A stretch of 63,529 nucleotides of DNA, counting the filler, from Choristocarpus tenellus KU-1152 (Eukaryota > Protista > Phaeophyceae): NCBI GenBank assembly GCA_964200185.2. It is 10 parts of 10 records of this genome, joined end to end, with 100 filler letters (N's around TTAATTAATTAA, not from the genome) between each part and the next. Parts side by side here need not be neighbours in the genome. Positions count along the whole stretch, not along the records: positions 8,654 to 29,210 come from CAXNAD020000390.1; 9 more parts are not named here. One strand, 5' to 3'. Numbering within the stretch: position 1 is the stretch's first letter; each line of letters begins with the position of its first letter. The notes under the pieces are model-generated. The model was given only the letters and a program-made list of their open reading frames with translations. It was not told where the DNA came from and ran no database searches. Made by a program: the position numbers and the translations under genes. Of the stretch, positions 12,313 through 26,069 are shown in pieces.

Positions 12313-15300
12313 CTTGAACATGGAGGAATTGGGTGTCATCAGCTCGCCACCCAACTGATAGGCATTCCTGTGTGAGGAGCACGTAGTGAAGGGGTGTGGA
12401 AATTCCCCTGAGCCAAGTGGAAGGTGTCCATCACTGGTTTACACATAGCAAGGGAAAAGGTTGTCAGGTGTAAGTTTGAGGCAGCACTGGGCTCATCAGA
12501 CTTAGGCAGAGTGGTAGTGCTGGGACCAGAATCAAAACAGGAGTTATGTACTAATTTTGCTCCGGTACAATGGGACTTAATTTGGTTATCAGTACCCTGA
12601 AGTCAAGTGGTGCACACTATTGTGATGATTTGGGTGCAGTGGGTCAAATCATATTTGAGCGAGGGGAGTCTATGCAACAGTGCACAAGAGGACCTCCATA
12701 CCCCTAACAATGTTGTCTATATGGCAATTTCAGGACACACAAGGGTACTGCAGTATTGACATTCAGAACCAATATATTAGGCTTTATTCAAGGACACCAT
12801 GTACGGTCAATGACCTGTAATGTCTATCGAGAAAGCGATGCTACTTGTCCAGGCATCCAACAGGTTCAACTTCACCCGAAAATGTACATACTAGATACAT
12901 CCAATACCCATTGACACAAGCAAGACTCCCTCACTAGATCTTGAAACACGTTGCCAGGGTCAAGACAGATTCTGAGAAAGTAACACTGACATCATCTGGG
13001 AATAGGAGGGTTACCAAACTTCATTGATAAGGGTTTGCTGTACCCCCTCATGAAGCATGGTTCATTCTACAAACCCGTAGAGTGATCCACAACCAACCTA
13101 TCTGTCATTTATGCATGTGCAGAATGATTATATGTATCGTTGCAGTAGTTGAGGTCCCCTACAAAAACTATCTCTGCAATTTTTTCAAGGGAAAAAAATC
13201 TCAATATGTCATAGATCTCGATATCAGACTCCTCCTATTTTAATGCCATTGATCCAGGGCCTTCTTGCAGACCTGTCTTTATCAGTGATGTGCTTCACCC
13301 AATAGATGTCACATAGTCTCTTTGGGATGGAATCCTGGTCCCAAAACAACAGCATGTAGTTTTCATCCAGGTTGATGCGAGTGCTCAGCATGGTATTCAC
13401 CCTGTACACAGTACCGAGCGTGAGGTAGATCTGACTCAAAACGTACTCTCTGAGCCTCAACCCACTCCCAGGGAGTTACAAACATAAACAGGATGAGCAA
13501 GTCCCTGGTCACAGCCTACTATCTACTTGAAACAGTCACAAAGATTTTTGACTTTGATTTATTTGATGTCACACTTTAAGAAATCACTCTCAGGTATGCA
13601 CCTTTTCCCGATTTTGGGGGCGAATGCACGAGATATTACATCAACAAAAAGTTCCTGATGTTCGAACCAAGTCACAGCAAACGAGAGGTACTAAGAGTTG
13701 CATTTTAAAGATGCTGACCAATATGTGCAAAATTAATCTATTTTTACAAATACGTACTTGATTTTTTTTCTGAACTGTGTCGAGATTTTTCAAACGACAG
13801 AGAAATGAACCCTCTCAAGTCAAACCCAGCACTTCATCCATAAAAAAATATGTGTGAATAGCAAAAAAAAAACCTGGGTCAAAATGCAAAACGCCCAAAA
13901 AACCTGGATACCTCTTGTTTACTTTGAGTCAATGGCGATAGCAAGTTGGGTCTTACAAATAGAGGTATGAAATACCGGAAGCATGACTCGTGTAACCCTG
14001 CAAAAATGGTCATATTGTCAAAGTAGCCTTACCTGTATTTGGTAGTACACCGGATCCTGTCTAACACATACCACAGGACAACTGGGATGTTAATTATCCA
14101 CACATGGGGATGGGTTTTGCGCCGGACGCTCTCGATAAAAACTCCAGCCCCCACAAGCTGATCAGGTTCACAAATACACACCAGAAGGTAACAGGTTGGC
14201 TTAGTTAAAAAAAAACGGGGTCAAAGTAAACAAGAACTACCCAGAGGGTCAAAGTATCTGGGAGGGGGGTGCCGGCGTCCGTTTTTCACCCTTTTTTCGA
14301 TTTTCACTTTTTTGAAATGTCAACAAAAAAAAAAGTTGTTTTACCGAAACGGACGCCCCCTCACAAACCACCCCCCCCCCTAAGATACTTTGACCCAGAG
14401 TTGTATTTTAAGGATGCTGGCAAGTATGTGTAAAATCCGACTTTTTTTTTATTACAAATGCGTACAGGATATTTTCTGAACTGTGTCGAAAATTTTCAAA
14501 CAATAGAGAGAGAAGTCAACCCTCTCGAGTCAAACTCACCCTTTCATCCATAGAAATATTGGTGAGTTGCTAAAGATCAAAAGAAATGGTAAAAAAACTG
14601 GGGTACCTTTCATTTACTTTGGCTCACTTGTGTGCACCTCTCTAACTCGTGAGTAAGAACGCAATAGTTGCATCAAAGACCTGTCGATGTCTAGCCTCAA
14701 CAGGCACGTTTCAAGAAAGTCCAATATTTTTTAACGATGGCCTGAATGGGTGCGCACAGTTCTCCTGCTTACCATATGCAGCCACATCGCCAACGAATAG
14801 TTCATACGCAGGGACCAAGCAGAGCATGACAGAGGTAGCAGCAGAAAAAAAAAGAAGCTCATGCAACAGATCCCCCAGACGTCACCAGTGCTCCAGTTGA
14901 CAGACTCTGCATCCACGTCGATCTGGCTACTTTCCACCGATACCTGTGTGAGCATTTTTTTTTAAGAAGCAGTTGTTTGAGCAAGCTCAAAGTACCTGAA
15001 AAGGTTTATTGTGAGGCAGTAAATGCGAACATGAGCCCCCTCACTACCGCAACCCTAACCCAAAAGACACAAGACAGAGGAAAAAAAACACAGTGATTGT
15101 GGCAAATGTATTACCTACGGATTTTTCCCTTTGCACTTAACAAACTGTTTGCACACAAAATATCAATCCTGCAGGTCATCACACTCGTAAGTGTTAGACC
15201 TGAAGGCAATTCTAGTAGGGTATTGCGATGAAGAGGTGGCACTTTGGCATGCCAGGGGTTACAAATGTTAGCTAATAATGATTGCGCTAGTCCCGTTTGG

Positions 15301-18300
15301 ATCCAATGCAAATTTGATGACTGACCAGCTTGATTTACAGACTGATAGTGCAACAGGCACCTTGACTGGTCTTCGCACTCCAGTCATAGATTATGTATGG
15401 CAACAGATTTTCAAATGGATGTTACACTCCTGTGATCGAAGTGTATGGGATGTATATTAACTAGGACCCGATACCTCACATGAGTAGGCCAAGTCAGGTT
15501 TCCTTGCCACACCTTATTGGTGTATCCACTGAAAATTGATGGCAGCAGCAGGGAGTAGACATGGACTATTATAGCTAGGCCCATCGTGCAGCCCCCAACT
15601 TTATGCAGCCAGATGTTGTCATTACGCCAGTTGTAAAGCAATGATCGTAGGACTCTCACTTCTGAGAGGTAGTTCCAGGTGCCATGGCACATGGTGAAGA
15701 ACATTAGACTGGGGGAGGGGATGGAAACGGAACTGTTAGCACTTGCTTAGGACTAGTAGTGGGTCTCAAAGATGCAATGTGTTCTTTCACATGTCCCCGG
15801 CATATAACCCATTATTGAAGGACAATTTTTTTTTATGATGTTAAAGGGGATGAAATACAAATTAGGTTTAAGTTATGTGTTGTATTGATCGAGAAAGTGG
15901 TGGAAAGATGGATTATGCTTGAGAGCAGTAGTCTTGCTAAGTCAAAGCATTAAAGAGGGTAGGAGTTTTGCCCTGTTTGTCTGTTCAGGGCTTGGCTTCC
16001 CACAGGTTTTTCTATGCCCCTTTTTCGGTTTTCTGTGTGAACACAGTTACCTAAAATGTACACAACTATGAAAGGTGTGTCTGGAGCAAGGATATTGGCA
16101 CTTGCTAACAAACACAATACCCCAAATTAATCAAAATCGCTACATTGGATTATGACCCTGAACAGACGTGGCCCTAACCTCTTAAGTACTTTGGCTCTAC
16201 TGACTTTCATCACCATGTATTTTTCTTCATCTACCTCATTGACAGAACTGTTTAGGGCATATGAGGTGCTAAGGGAGGAATATTTCAGCAATCCACGAAA
16301 TACCATAAAGATAGGGCACTGCAAAGTGAATATATCCTATCTGAGTACCGATGCTTTCAAGAAACATAACCAAAGAAGGTATGTATGCAACAAGCACACG
16401 GACTAGCTGTGTTTGCAACAGGTTAGAAAGGAATAGGAAATGCAACTACTGAATGTTATATGGCAGAGGCAGTGTTAGGCAGATCTTCAGTGTGCTGCAG
16501 GTGATCAACAAGATATTGAGATGCCCACTCAGTTTGGGTAGCGAATGGGTGAACTGAAGTTATGGTCATACATGATCGCACACTGGCAACAAGTTCACAT
16601 CTCAACAAATCAAATCCTATAGCACTATGGAATTGTTGTCACGACTCTAGTGGACCACACAAGTTGCACATCAGTTATGAGTGTATTGTGGTCGGGAGGA
16701 GAAAATATCTGTCCCATCTCTTCATGAAGGCGAACACCTTAGGTGTTTTGAGATATTATAAGGCAATACTGAACCTTGTCGCATTATAATGTTTTGTCAC
16801 ACTACAGAAGGAGGAGTTACATTTTTGAAGAGGTTCGTACTTTGCCCTCAACTATTGCCTCGAAAAAACTGGTCCATGTCAAACTGTTTTGCATTGCACG
16901 AAACAAGAGAAGATGTATCTCTCTATGAGTCAACTGTCGACCAGAACACACGACTTCAATCCTTAAAATAACTCTAGCACTAACAACCATAGCAAGTCGG
17001 ACATACTCCCATAAATTGCCCTGGCTAGGATTCATGCCATAGTGATTTCTGACAAGAATCGAATTTTTGGTTTTGCAAGCACATATTCCTTCCCCATCCA
17101 AAAGAAATACGCACTTGGTGGTAGTGATGATTGTGCGGGCACTTATCCGGGTAATGGCATCAAAGGTCTTTGCTGTCCAAGGTTGCCCCTTCAAACATGT
17201 TCACAGAGAAGTGGCAGCCAATGGTCAAAAAGAAAAATATGCAATCGTACTGGGTGTAGCCTTCTCTTAGTGGAACTTCATTTGAACTGTATAAAAAGAA
17301 AGTAGAGGCCTATGGATCAGCTCATCATAAGCTGACATATGTGATTGAAGGACATGCAACATAGTTATGATGACAAATTAGATTACGGATCTGTCAGCTT
17401 GTGAAAGTGTTTTGTAATATTATAGGTACTAAAGTGAGTTATTGGTGGTCATTCTTTACTAAACCTTGTTTACAGAATAGGAGATATGTAACCCTTTTGA
17501 GGAGTAGGTATTGCCTACACATGAACCAATAACACTCCTTGTTACAATGACTCTTAGTGTCGCCCTATTGTGCCTACTCAGAATTATTCCAGAAACTGGT
17601 GGAAGGCATAATAACCCAATCGGTGTAACAGATCATACAAATAGCCCCCAAAATGCACCAACATGGGAGGAGCAGGCACAAACGACGAACAGTGGCATCA
17701 CCAGGTCTGGCTATGTATATCAATGCTACAATCATCAAACACCATGTCCACTAGCCTACTAGACCCTAGAACCTCTCAGAACGTTTCCCTCCCACAAATT
17801 ACCCCCATCTTAATTTCCCTTTGAGGAAAGCTACTCAGGGATTGTTTCTTCCCCTACTGCGGTATTATATTTTCCACCCTTTGCAATCACCTCTTCTCTG
17901 GAGAAAAAAAAGTCGCTGCCACAGTTGGGGGCACAAATAGCCTGCCTTGGCCAAATGTTTGTAAGCAATCGGTCAGCAACAAAGAGCGCAGAAACCAGAA
18001 TCCATAGCCCAAGATGGACATGGCGGTAAATTCTCCCCCTATCCCTCACTGCCAAAAATAGCCTCTCCAATCTCGAGCCCTGAAATAGGTGCAATAGTTA
18101 GTGGAGACATCAGTTGCGTGTTCTGTGACGCATGCACGTCAAGTTCCTTGGCCCTTTCAACCTGAATTGTTTACTCAGAGTACAATTGGCTGGAATTATC
18201 CCGAGGATGTGTCAAAGTAACTTAGCAGTTGGCTTGACCGTCCAGAGCAGTGATTGCAATATATATATAGTCGAATGTGTTGTTGGCATCCTTATGGACA

Positions 18301-18646
18301 AGAATGATTTGGCATCGATGAATGGTTGTAACGCTGGGAATATGATGTAGCGAGATGTTGGCAAATGTGATGAGAGTCGTGAAAAGTTTTGTCCATCAAC
18401 TTCGATATCGCAACGTCACCCTACCTTGGGTTTGCCTCCTGCCACTCCAGAGAAAGGAGTGGCAGGTCTGACCTGAGCCGATCCTCTCAACATCTGCGTT
18501 TTTGGCGTTTTTAGCGTTTTTGGTGTTTTTGGTGTTTTTGGTGTTTTGGGTGTTTTGGGTGATTGATCAAACCCCGGCCCCAGACCAGATAGGATATGCC
18601 TGGAGGACATCGTACTTGAGAGGCTGCCCACATGTCCAGTCCTCAT
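12313..18646 (-). CDS. Ferric reductase / NADPH-oxidase-like transmembrane flavoprotein (at least 8 exons)
   Basis: Exons 18646-18425, 18079-~17835, ~17198-17115, 15708-15480, 14943-14773, 14157-14033, 13401-13273 and 12433-12313. Features: hydrophobic helices with paired His (WLHKVGG…IIVHVYS; MWLHM…RRKTHPH) and a downstream HPFT FAD-binding motif (GEFPHPFTT). Six of seven junctions are in phase; the exon 2/3 junction is uncertain. Confidence 0.8.
13665..13930. mobile_element. MITE family C copy 1 (intronic)
   Basis: Ends tttactttgagtc; aligns along its length with 14218-14625. Confidence 0.75.
14218..14625. mobile_element. MITE family C copy 2, carrying a nested A2 MITE
   Basis: TIRs gggtcaaagtaaa / tttactttggctc; interrupted at 14246-14396. 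Confidence 0.8.
14246..14396. mobile_element. MITE family A2 nested insertion (TSD AGA/AGAG)
   Basis: aga|gggtcaaagtatct...agatactttgaccc|agag; the empty site in copy 1 (13694-13697) has a single agag. Confidence 0.9.
15939..16197. mobile_element. MITE family B copy (old, diverged)
   Basis: gagggtaggagttttgccctgtttgtc...gtactttggctc, homologous to 21363-21613. Confidence 0.75.
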
Positions 18647-21362
18647 TCTTGAAAGAGGATTTCAGTGTCGACCCTGTGCAAAAGACAACTCAAACACGTT
18701 GCGTAGATGCAGGAGCACAATTGTCATGTAAGGAGGACTTCACGATGGAGAGGTTCAGCCTTCTCCAGACTCTCTTTTTACGTATCCCTTGTAACCTCTA
18801 AAACCTGGACTTGTTGAAAGATGCTTGGATCTCTTCGTAGACGGCAGGAAAGGATTGACCACTTCAGACTATACCGAAGTCGCTCGTCTCTGTGTGTGAT
18901 GTTCCATTCTTTCTCTTTGATGATTATATTCTTACGGTACATTATCAAGACTTCCAACAAATTCTCCACTATCAAATATAGAAATGTTTCTGAAACAGTG
19001 GTCTGACAATCTGGAAATTTCCTATCACTAAGAAGTAGAGGTCTGTCGAGAAGTATCACCCTAATCTACTGATTGGTGTATTCTCAAGAGGCGATGGTTA
19101 GATGATAGAACACAAATATTACCTTTAAAAAAACCTGAGGGTTCAATCCAAACTTTTTTGAGGGAAATTTGATGATTCAAATTTAGGAACACTCATGTAT
19201 CATTCACATTAGCACAAAGTATTTTACACTTCAAAAAACGACAAAATGGGGTGTTGGAACCAAATCCCCAACAAAAAGTGGACAGCGAAAAAGTGATAGT
19301 AGTAGTGCGCAACAACAGTTCGTTCGTAGAGAAGGAGTAGTAGTATATTCTATACATAAATGCGTATGAACAGACAAGGGTTACAGGATGGATAATAGGT
19401 AGGGTAGTTCAGTTCCTTGTGCGAACACAATTGTAACATCTGATAATGCAAACAACGTAATGATTCTTAAGTGAATGTTGCATTAGAACCAACTAGATCG
19501 GAGTGCACTCTGATCTTGCCACCTCATTTTTGGTTTCCCATTTTTCTTGTGTTGTAATAGATAGGATACTGCAATTTCGTTGTTGTCACTTGTGTAATTC
19601 TTAGTCCTTGCCCTTGTTCCTAGCACTCAGAAGGGGGCACTTGAACACTTACTTATCCCCTTAAACACCAAGAACCTGCTAGTAAGTACTATACAGAAGT
19701 TGATATGATCGAGTGTGTGGCTGACAGTACAACGAGATTCATGGTCGAATTGCATTCCAAAGAAAGCTGTAATATACGTCAAACCAAAGCACCAACAAAA
19801 TTCACAAGTCACCACCACCACCACCACCACCATCACGATCATCACGCAATATTGTGCTGAATGATGGTGTAATCTTTATAATCTGATTTTTCTGTTGCAT
19901 CCATTAATTTCTTTCTTCTCTTTTATTTTCTTTCATTTTTTTGTGTTTTTTTCCAATAAGGCTTCTATTCTTCCTTTTCTTTTCTTCTCTTTTCTTCTAC
20001 TACCTCTCTATATTTCAATTCTGACCAACCCCATATTGAACATGAGGAAAAAATGTTAAATTTATTGTAGCTATATAGAATATTATTACACCTAACTCTA
20101 CGTGGGATTACCCCAAACCCTTGTCAAAGACAATAAATATACCTAACTACAAGGTTTTCATAATTCTATCACTGCACATAATATGATAGTAGATACTATT
20201 TGTAACAATCGTCAGTCACATCTTCCATCATACTCTTTTCAGTAATTTTCTTTTCACTGTTTCACTTTATTTTTCCATTCTCTTTCTCTTCTAAAACCTT
20301 TTTTTTTAGTGAGTATGTGTGACAATATATCTCGGATGACAATTTAGACTACACTATATACACTATAGTGATACCAGTAACTTCGCCCTCTGCTGGGGTT
20401 GTCTCCCATCATAACTTTTGGTGTAGATATAGGATTAAAAAAATAAAAGAATATTCGTGACGCCCGTTACAAGGCCCTCCAAATTACGGGCTTCGTTTTT
20501 TGTCCATTTTATTCTTTTTTTGAAGAAAGAGCGCTCATATTGGGGTTCGAACCCTGGATTGTAGGTTACCAAGAGTGGCAACAGATGCACTATTACTTGA
20601 TTAAAGTATAGAGTTTTGGAGGGGAAAAAGCCTCCCTACCCTTTCTTCCTGTGTGTCGCGCACCCACTCTTTGACCTCGGCAAGGATATCCTCGTCGACA
20701 CCCAGAACGAAACGCCTCTTGTCACGCCCTTGCTCCTACACCTTGATGTGGCCCTTAGGAAGTCTCTCTCCCATTTACTCACAGTTTCCAGCCTGACCTT
20801 AGGGCATGGATAGGTATGAGGTTCTGATCTTAAAACAATGGTCATCGCGTATCCTGCTGCCATCTAGAGTGCCGTTTAACGGTCTTTCCCGTCGTTCATA
20901 CACATGTACAGGATTCACAGCGTTAGAGCGTTAACTATCACATTTCCTTGTTGAGCGCGGGAAATGGGTGTTGTCCATGTTTCCGGGTGATATATTTTAT
21001 CATAAAGGCGAAAGGGCGAGGGAGGACACGCTTGAGTTGATCGAAAATTGTGTTTATTTCTCGAATGAATGCAGGATGGGGAGAAAGCCTTAATCAACTT
21101 ATACGTCCAACCCCAAGTCCAGGAACAAGAGTGAATGTACGGCATCTTGGAAGAAGTGGGAGACACCAAACCATTGATGTGCAAATAATCTCAATCTCAC
21201 CTCCTTTTCTTCCCTGGGGTCCTTGTTGATGGCTACCTCTACCTGCTTCGCGACCTCTTCTAAGAAAAGGATTTGGTGCCATCGAAAAGTCTCCACAGCT
21301 GCCTTTGTTACGATCGCTTTCTCCTCGGCCTTGTGAGCCCTTTCGACCTTCTTTCGGCTACT

Positions 21363-21613
21363 GAGTGAAAGTATCTTGGAGGGTACGAGTTTTCCCCTGT
21401 TTGTCCATTTGGGGCTTGGCTTCCTGCTTATGACACTTTCGTACTCCAAAATGTTTTGGAGTAGGTAAAATATATACATTATGAAAAGGTTTGTCCAGAG
21501 CAAGGATATCGACACTCCCTAACAGATATGATAGCCAAAATTACATCAAAATTGCAACATTGGATTTTGGCCCCCAAATGGACGCGGCCCAACCCTCTAA
21601 GATACTTTGGCTC
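21363..21613. mobile_element. MITE family B copy (~255 bp)
   Basis: gagtgaaagtatcttggagggt...accctctaagatactttggctc. Confidence 0.88.
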
Positions 21614-23571
21614 ACAAATATATTCTACACTGGGTTTTCGCTTAGGCGTTTCCTGAGCGCAATGGCACGCAGTCACACTGCTCTCTTCCCAACCTTCCCT
21701 TCGGCCGGCCACTATGTTTCCTTCGGCCACCGTGACCAGGCTTCCCAATAGACTTCGTCACTGTACCACCTGGTGAAGGTCTCGTCGCTCTCTTCCTGTT
21801 TTCCCGAGGAGGTAGAGACTGCAGAGCATTTCTCCGACGTGGTTGAAGACCCAACCACGTTTGTGTGGTAATGCTTTCAATGCATCTTCTCTCAGCGTCA
21901 GTGTCGCAACCACGTGATGCATTTCACGATTTGATCATGCTGCTGCACCACACCACTCGCACTTTCTCATCACCTAACATCGCACTAAGTGTCACATGGT
22001 ACTTGCTTTTCCGTCGCCTCTCGACAGAGAAGGTGCCGAGGGTAGATCCAGGGGGCAGAGTGGCATCGGCGGCTCTCCTTGTCTCGCCGTCGCGGTTCAT
22101 GTTGCTGTGTAAGTCACGTGTGTGTGTGCTCACAGAAAGTCTGCAAAAGACGTTAAAAAAATGTCCGGAAATCTTGAATTTGTTTTCGGTACACACACAC
22201 CGGCCAATCTTGGGCAGTGACTTACCCCGGACCAGGTTTCTGCAAGGAGTTCAGCCAACCACTTCATTTTTGTCCGTTTTGAAGTCGTGACCTTCAAAGT
22301 TGCGCCGGAGCTATTCCCCCGTGTTTTTTCCATTCTTTGATCGGGACATAGCTCACGTTCCCCGAAGTCTGGACATTTGTGGATACAAAACTTCAAACTC
22401 TCTTGTCATACCCTTCATTTGATATATATATATTGTTGTATATATCTTTGGTGGTGTGTGCATTGTGAAAAAATTCAAGATTGCTACAGAGGGCGAAGCT
22501 ATTGGTACCACCTTATCACTTCAGCGAGTGCGACATATTGTCACGTTTGTAAAAAAAACTCAAAGAGGACGTTTTTCGAACGATGGCGACGATGTGTACA
22601 CTCAGTAATATATGTGTCCCAAATTATCAACATACGAAGTATTGACGAAATAGGTGTCAATAGGTCGTAACAAGTTACGTGTTATCTTATCAGATTGTAT
22701 CAATTACAGTTGTGTGGAAACCCTCTCAGTTTTGTGAAGGGTTATGCTTGAAGGATTGCTGGCATTGAAATATCCAATAGGCACTTGCTCTTCACGAGGA
22801 ACCGAAGTTGGTGACCGCCCACCACCCTGATTTGTCCTATGGGAGGATACCATCTGAATGAATGTACACATTGTCACCATTCTTCTGAATGGTGGTGCAA
22901 ATCTTAATATTTGGGTTCTTCTACCCTATATCTCCCAACAACGGGTCTGGCACCGTCAGACTAATGTGAATAATAGATATACTAGTGGTAGTTATTATGT
23001 ACACGGACGGAAAGCAGTGGATATTGTTCGCAACTATATTCGGACCCACCCCCATCCCTTCTTACACCCTTACCCTAACTTCTACCTGTAGTCCAACACT
23101 TTCTTGGAGATTGTTGAGGGGATGGTTGGCTCAAAATGCTACGTCCTTTATGCTGTTTGGCACGGCCCTGACTTGTTTTACCTTCATTAAGTAGTAGTTT
23201 ATAATTCCACCTTGGCACTTTGAAGATCAATTTTACACACAGACCACCCCGTGGCACATCCCACCCCTTCTACCCAGGCAGATCTCATCCCCCTATCCTC
23301 CAGACATAGCCCCACCCTGTGCCATTCCTACTACCACTACTTGATCACCATCAGTAGTAGTGGTTGGTGGACATCTTTTCTGTAGCCACCACCACCGCTA
23401 CTATAGTAGTATGTGTATAGATGTGTGTACTGTCCTATTTTCTATTTTAGATGGACTAGTGATATTGAAAAATTGTTGACTGGTCGCGCGGAAAGAACGC
23501 GCAGTTCGACAGGATTTAAACACAAACATCGAACTCACTTCAAACAGAGTAGTAGTCATATCACATACGAG

Positions 23572-25923
23572 ATGGGGGCTGAGGCGTGGCCCTTGGTGGT
23601 CTTCGTCGCGAGCTGGCTGTTTTTCCCTTCGCTTGTTCTGGTGGCAGAGGGAATTGTTGGTGTCGGTGAGGGGATGATTGGACTGCAACAATGGCCGCCC
23701 AAGACATCGTGCACGAGCAGTATCGACATTGATCGTAGTGGGTTTCCCTGCCACAATGACAGGTTTGTGCCGTTTTCGACTTAACTTGTTAATCGTGAGA
23801 ATTCTGACTTAATGAGTTGGCTATTGAACAACGTGGTGCTAATGTCGTGCGACCTCGACTGTTTCCGATCCATTCAGACCTTCAACTATTTTCTTGTGGG
23901 TGTCTTGGTGGGAGAGGCAGGAAATTTCTCGTCCAGATGCGACGACGAACTGACAAGGGATCGGATGATAGAATTATGGGATTATAAACTAATATTCCTG
24001 AAAGAGACGAAGTGCCGCACTTAACTTCTCGCACACTCAATTCCTCACCACCCCTCTTCTCGAAGACCTGCTTGGCAGGGATCAATGGTACTCCCAGGGG
24101 ATATCTTGTTCGTCTCGATTGGATTCTACGGTCACGCAGTACCGCTCCTTGCAATAGCCGAGGAAATTGCAAACAGGTGCGAGAGACTACTAGTTTCCTC
24201 GTAAAATCGAATCATGCTCCTCCCACCCTGCTAAGAGATGTTAATCTGTTCGTGATTGGGTTCTGCAACCACTGCAAGATTTCATGTTTTTTGCCTTGCA
24301 TTGTGAAATTGTTCATGACAGAATTGAGAAGGGAATGCCTACTCCTGGTCGAGTTGGAGAAAATTACTTATTAAAGGAAATTAAAGTTCCAACGGTTGAT
24401 TAGACAACACTTGTCCCCCTTCCCGCATACCGTTCCCTTCTACCTAAACCTCTTATTTAGCCCATCATACTTTGCCGATCACCAACCTACCCATCACCTT
24501 TGTTTTCATGTCCTCTTGCCTTGCACAGGGGTCATACTGTGACCTTCGCCACTCATGACCGCCTGCGCGACCTTGTAGTGGGTACTCCGGGGGTCTCCTT
24601 CTTGTCTGCTGGGAGAATGCCCATACCGGAGGAAAAGCTACGCTCAAAGGCAAGGCTGGAGGACAGAATGGGGGTGGGATGTATGGATAGAATGCAGGAA
24701 AATAGATAATATGCCTGCCTTTTTTAACAGTTCATTTATTAGGTACAATACTTGTTGCTGTTGTGATACTATTTGACGAGCACTTGTGGATAGGTGTAGT
24801 TAAAAGCACGATTAGCCTTGGTATTTTCAATGAAAGAGTGGAGGGGGAGGGGGGGGGAGAGAGAGAAAGGGAGAAGTGACCTGCACTCCTGTAGCTGGGG
24901 TATTTGTGGTACTGAATTGACTCTGCCCATATAGCAAGGGGCAGAGTAGGAGCCTGCCCAAAGCATGATTACGTTGGAGATAGTTATATTGTGCCCATCT
25001 TGCTCTTTTGAAGTACAGATGTAATTGTCTGATCTGGGTATTATATAGCTTCAGTGCGGATGCAATAAGTACTAACACACTCATCACACTTCTATCACAT
25101 ATGTTATGGGAACTAGTGTGAACCAAACAAATCTTGATGGAGAGGTCAGGTTCCTTGTCATTCACACTCCTGTTGAGCACCACTGTAAGAGATCTTCATG
25201 TTGTGACTATTTTTTGGTACATTTTTGCTATCTCTATTTGATTCAACCCTCTACATTTGACAGTAAACCCTCCTTCCTAGTATTGGAACAGTTTATAACC
25301 CTCCATTTCCCTCCCCCCTGAATCTGAGAAAATGCTAATGTGCCCTTGTTACTCCTTTACCCCCCAAACTGGACTTAGCTCAAGTCCCTGTCACAGGTGG
25401 GGGGTTTTTGGGGACTCTTGACGCTTCTCAATGACGTGTACCTCACTCTTGAGATTCCCATGTATCATAACCTCCTTGAGGCTCTGGAGCTGACTCTGGA
25501 GCAGCACGAGCAACAATCCCAACCTAGCATGGCAGGCGGACTGGCAGACGTAGCTGCAGATGGTTGGTCTGCATCATATTGCGACATAGGATCAGACCAT
25601 TCAGAGTGGCAGTGTCCTCAGGAAAAGGATGGCCACATTGATGATGTCGAGAAGGTGTGGGGTGTGGGCGAGGAAGAGATAGGTACCAGCCAACCAGGAG
25701 TTGAGGACCGGGGCAACTATGGGGATACAGAGACACTGTGCTCGCTGGCGACAGACAAGGGACAAGTGTGGTGTGACCCTGTTGATGGAGTGGATGGTGG
25801 TGTTGGTGGCGTTGGTGGCGTTGATGGCGTTGGTGGTGTTGTTGTTGGTGGTGGTGCCCCTCCATTTGATCTGATGGTGCTGGATATGGGGACTCTTGGT
25901 GGGCTGGATCTGGCGCATAAGCT

Positions 25924-25962
<39 letters not shown>

Positions 25963-26033
25963 TATTGATGTGTCTGTTGGATTTTCTTTTTTTTAAAGTC
26001 TGAGGGTTGAAGGTCATATTGTANNNNNNNNNN

Positions 26034-26069
<36 letters not shown>

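Noticed and set aside
20532-20600. tRNA-like B-box (gggttcgaacc); similar at ~53390 and ~55678
   Set aside because: No complete cloverleaf; at most tRNA-derived SINE remnants.
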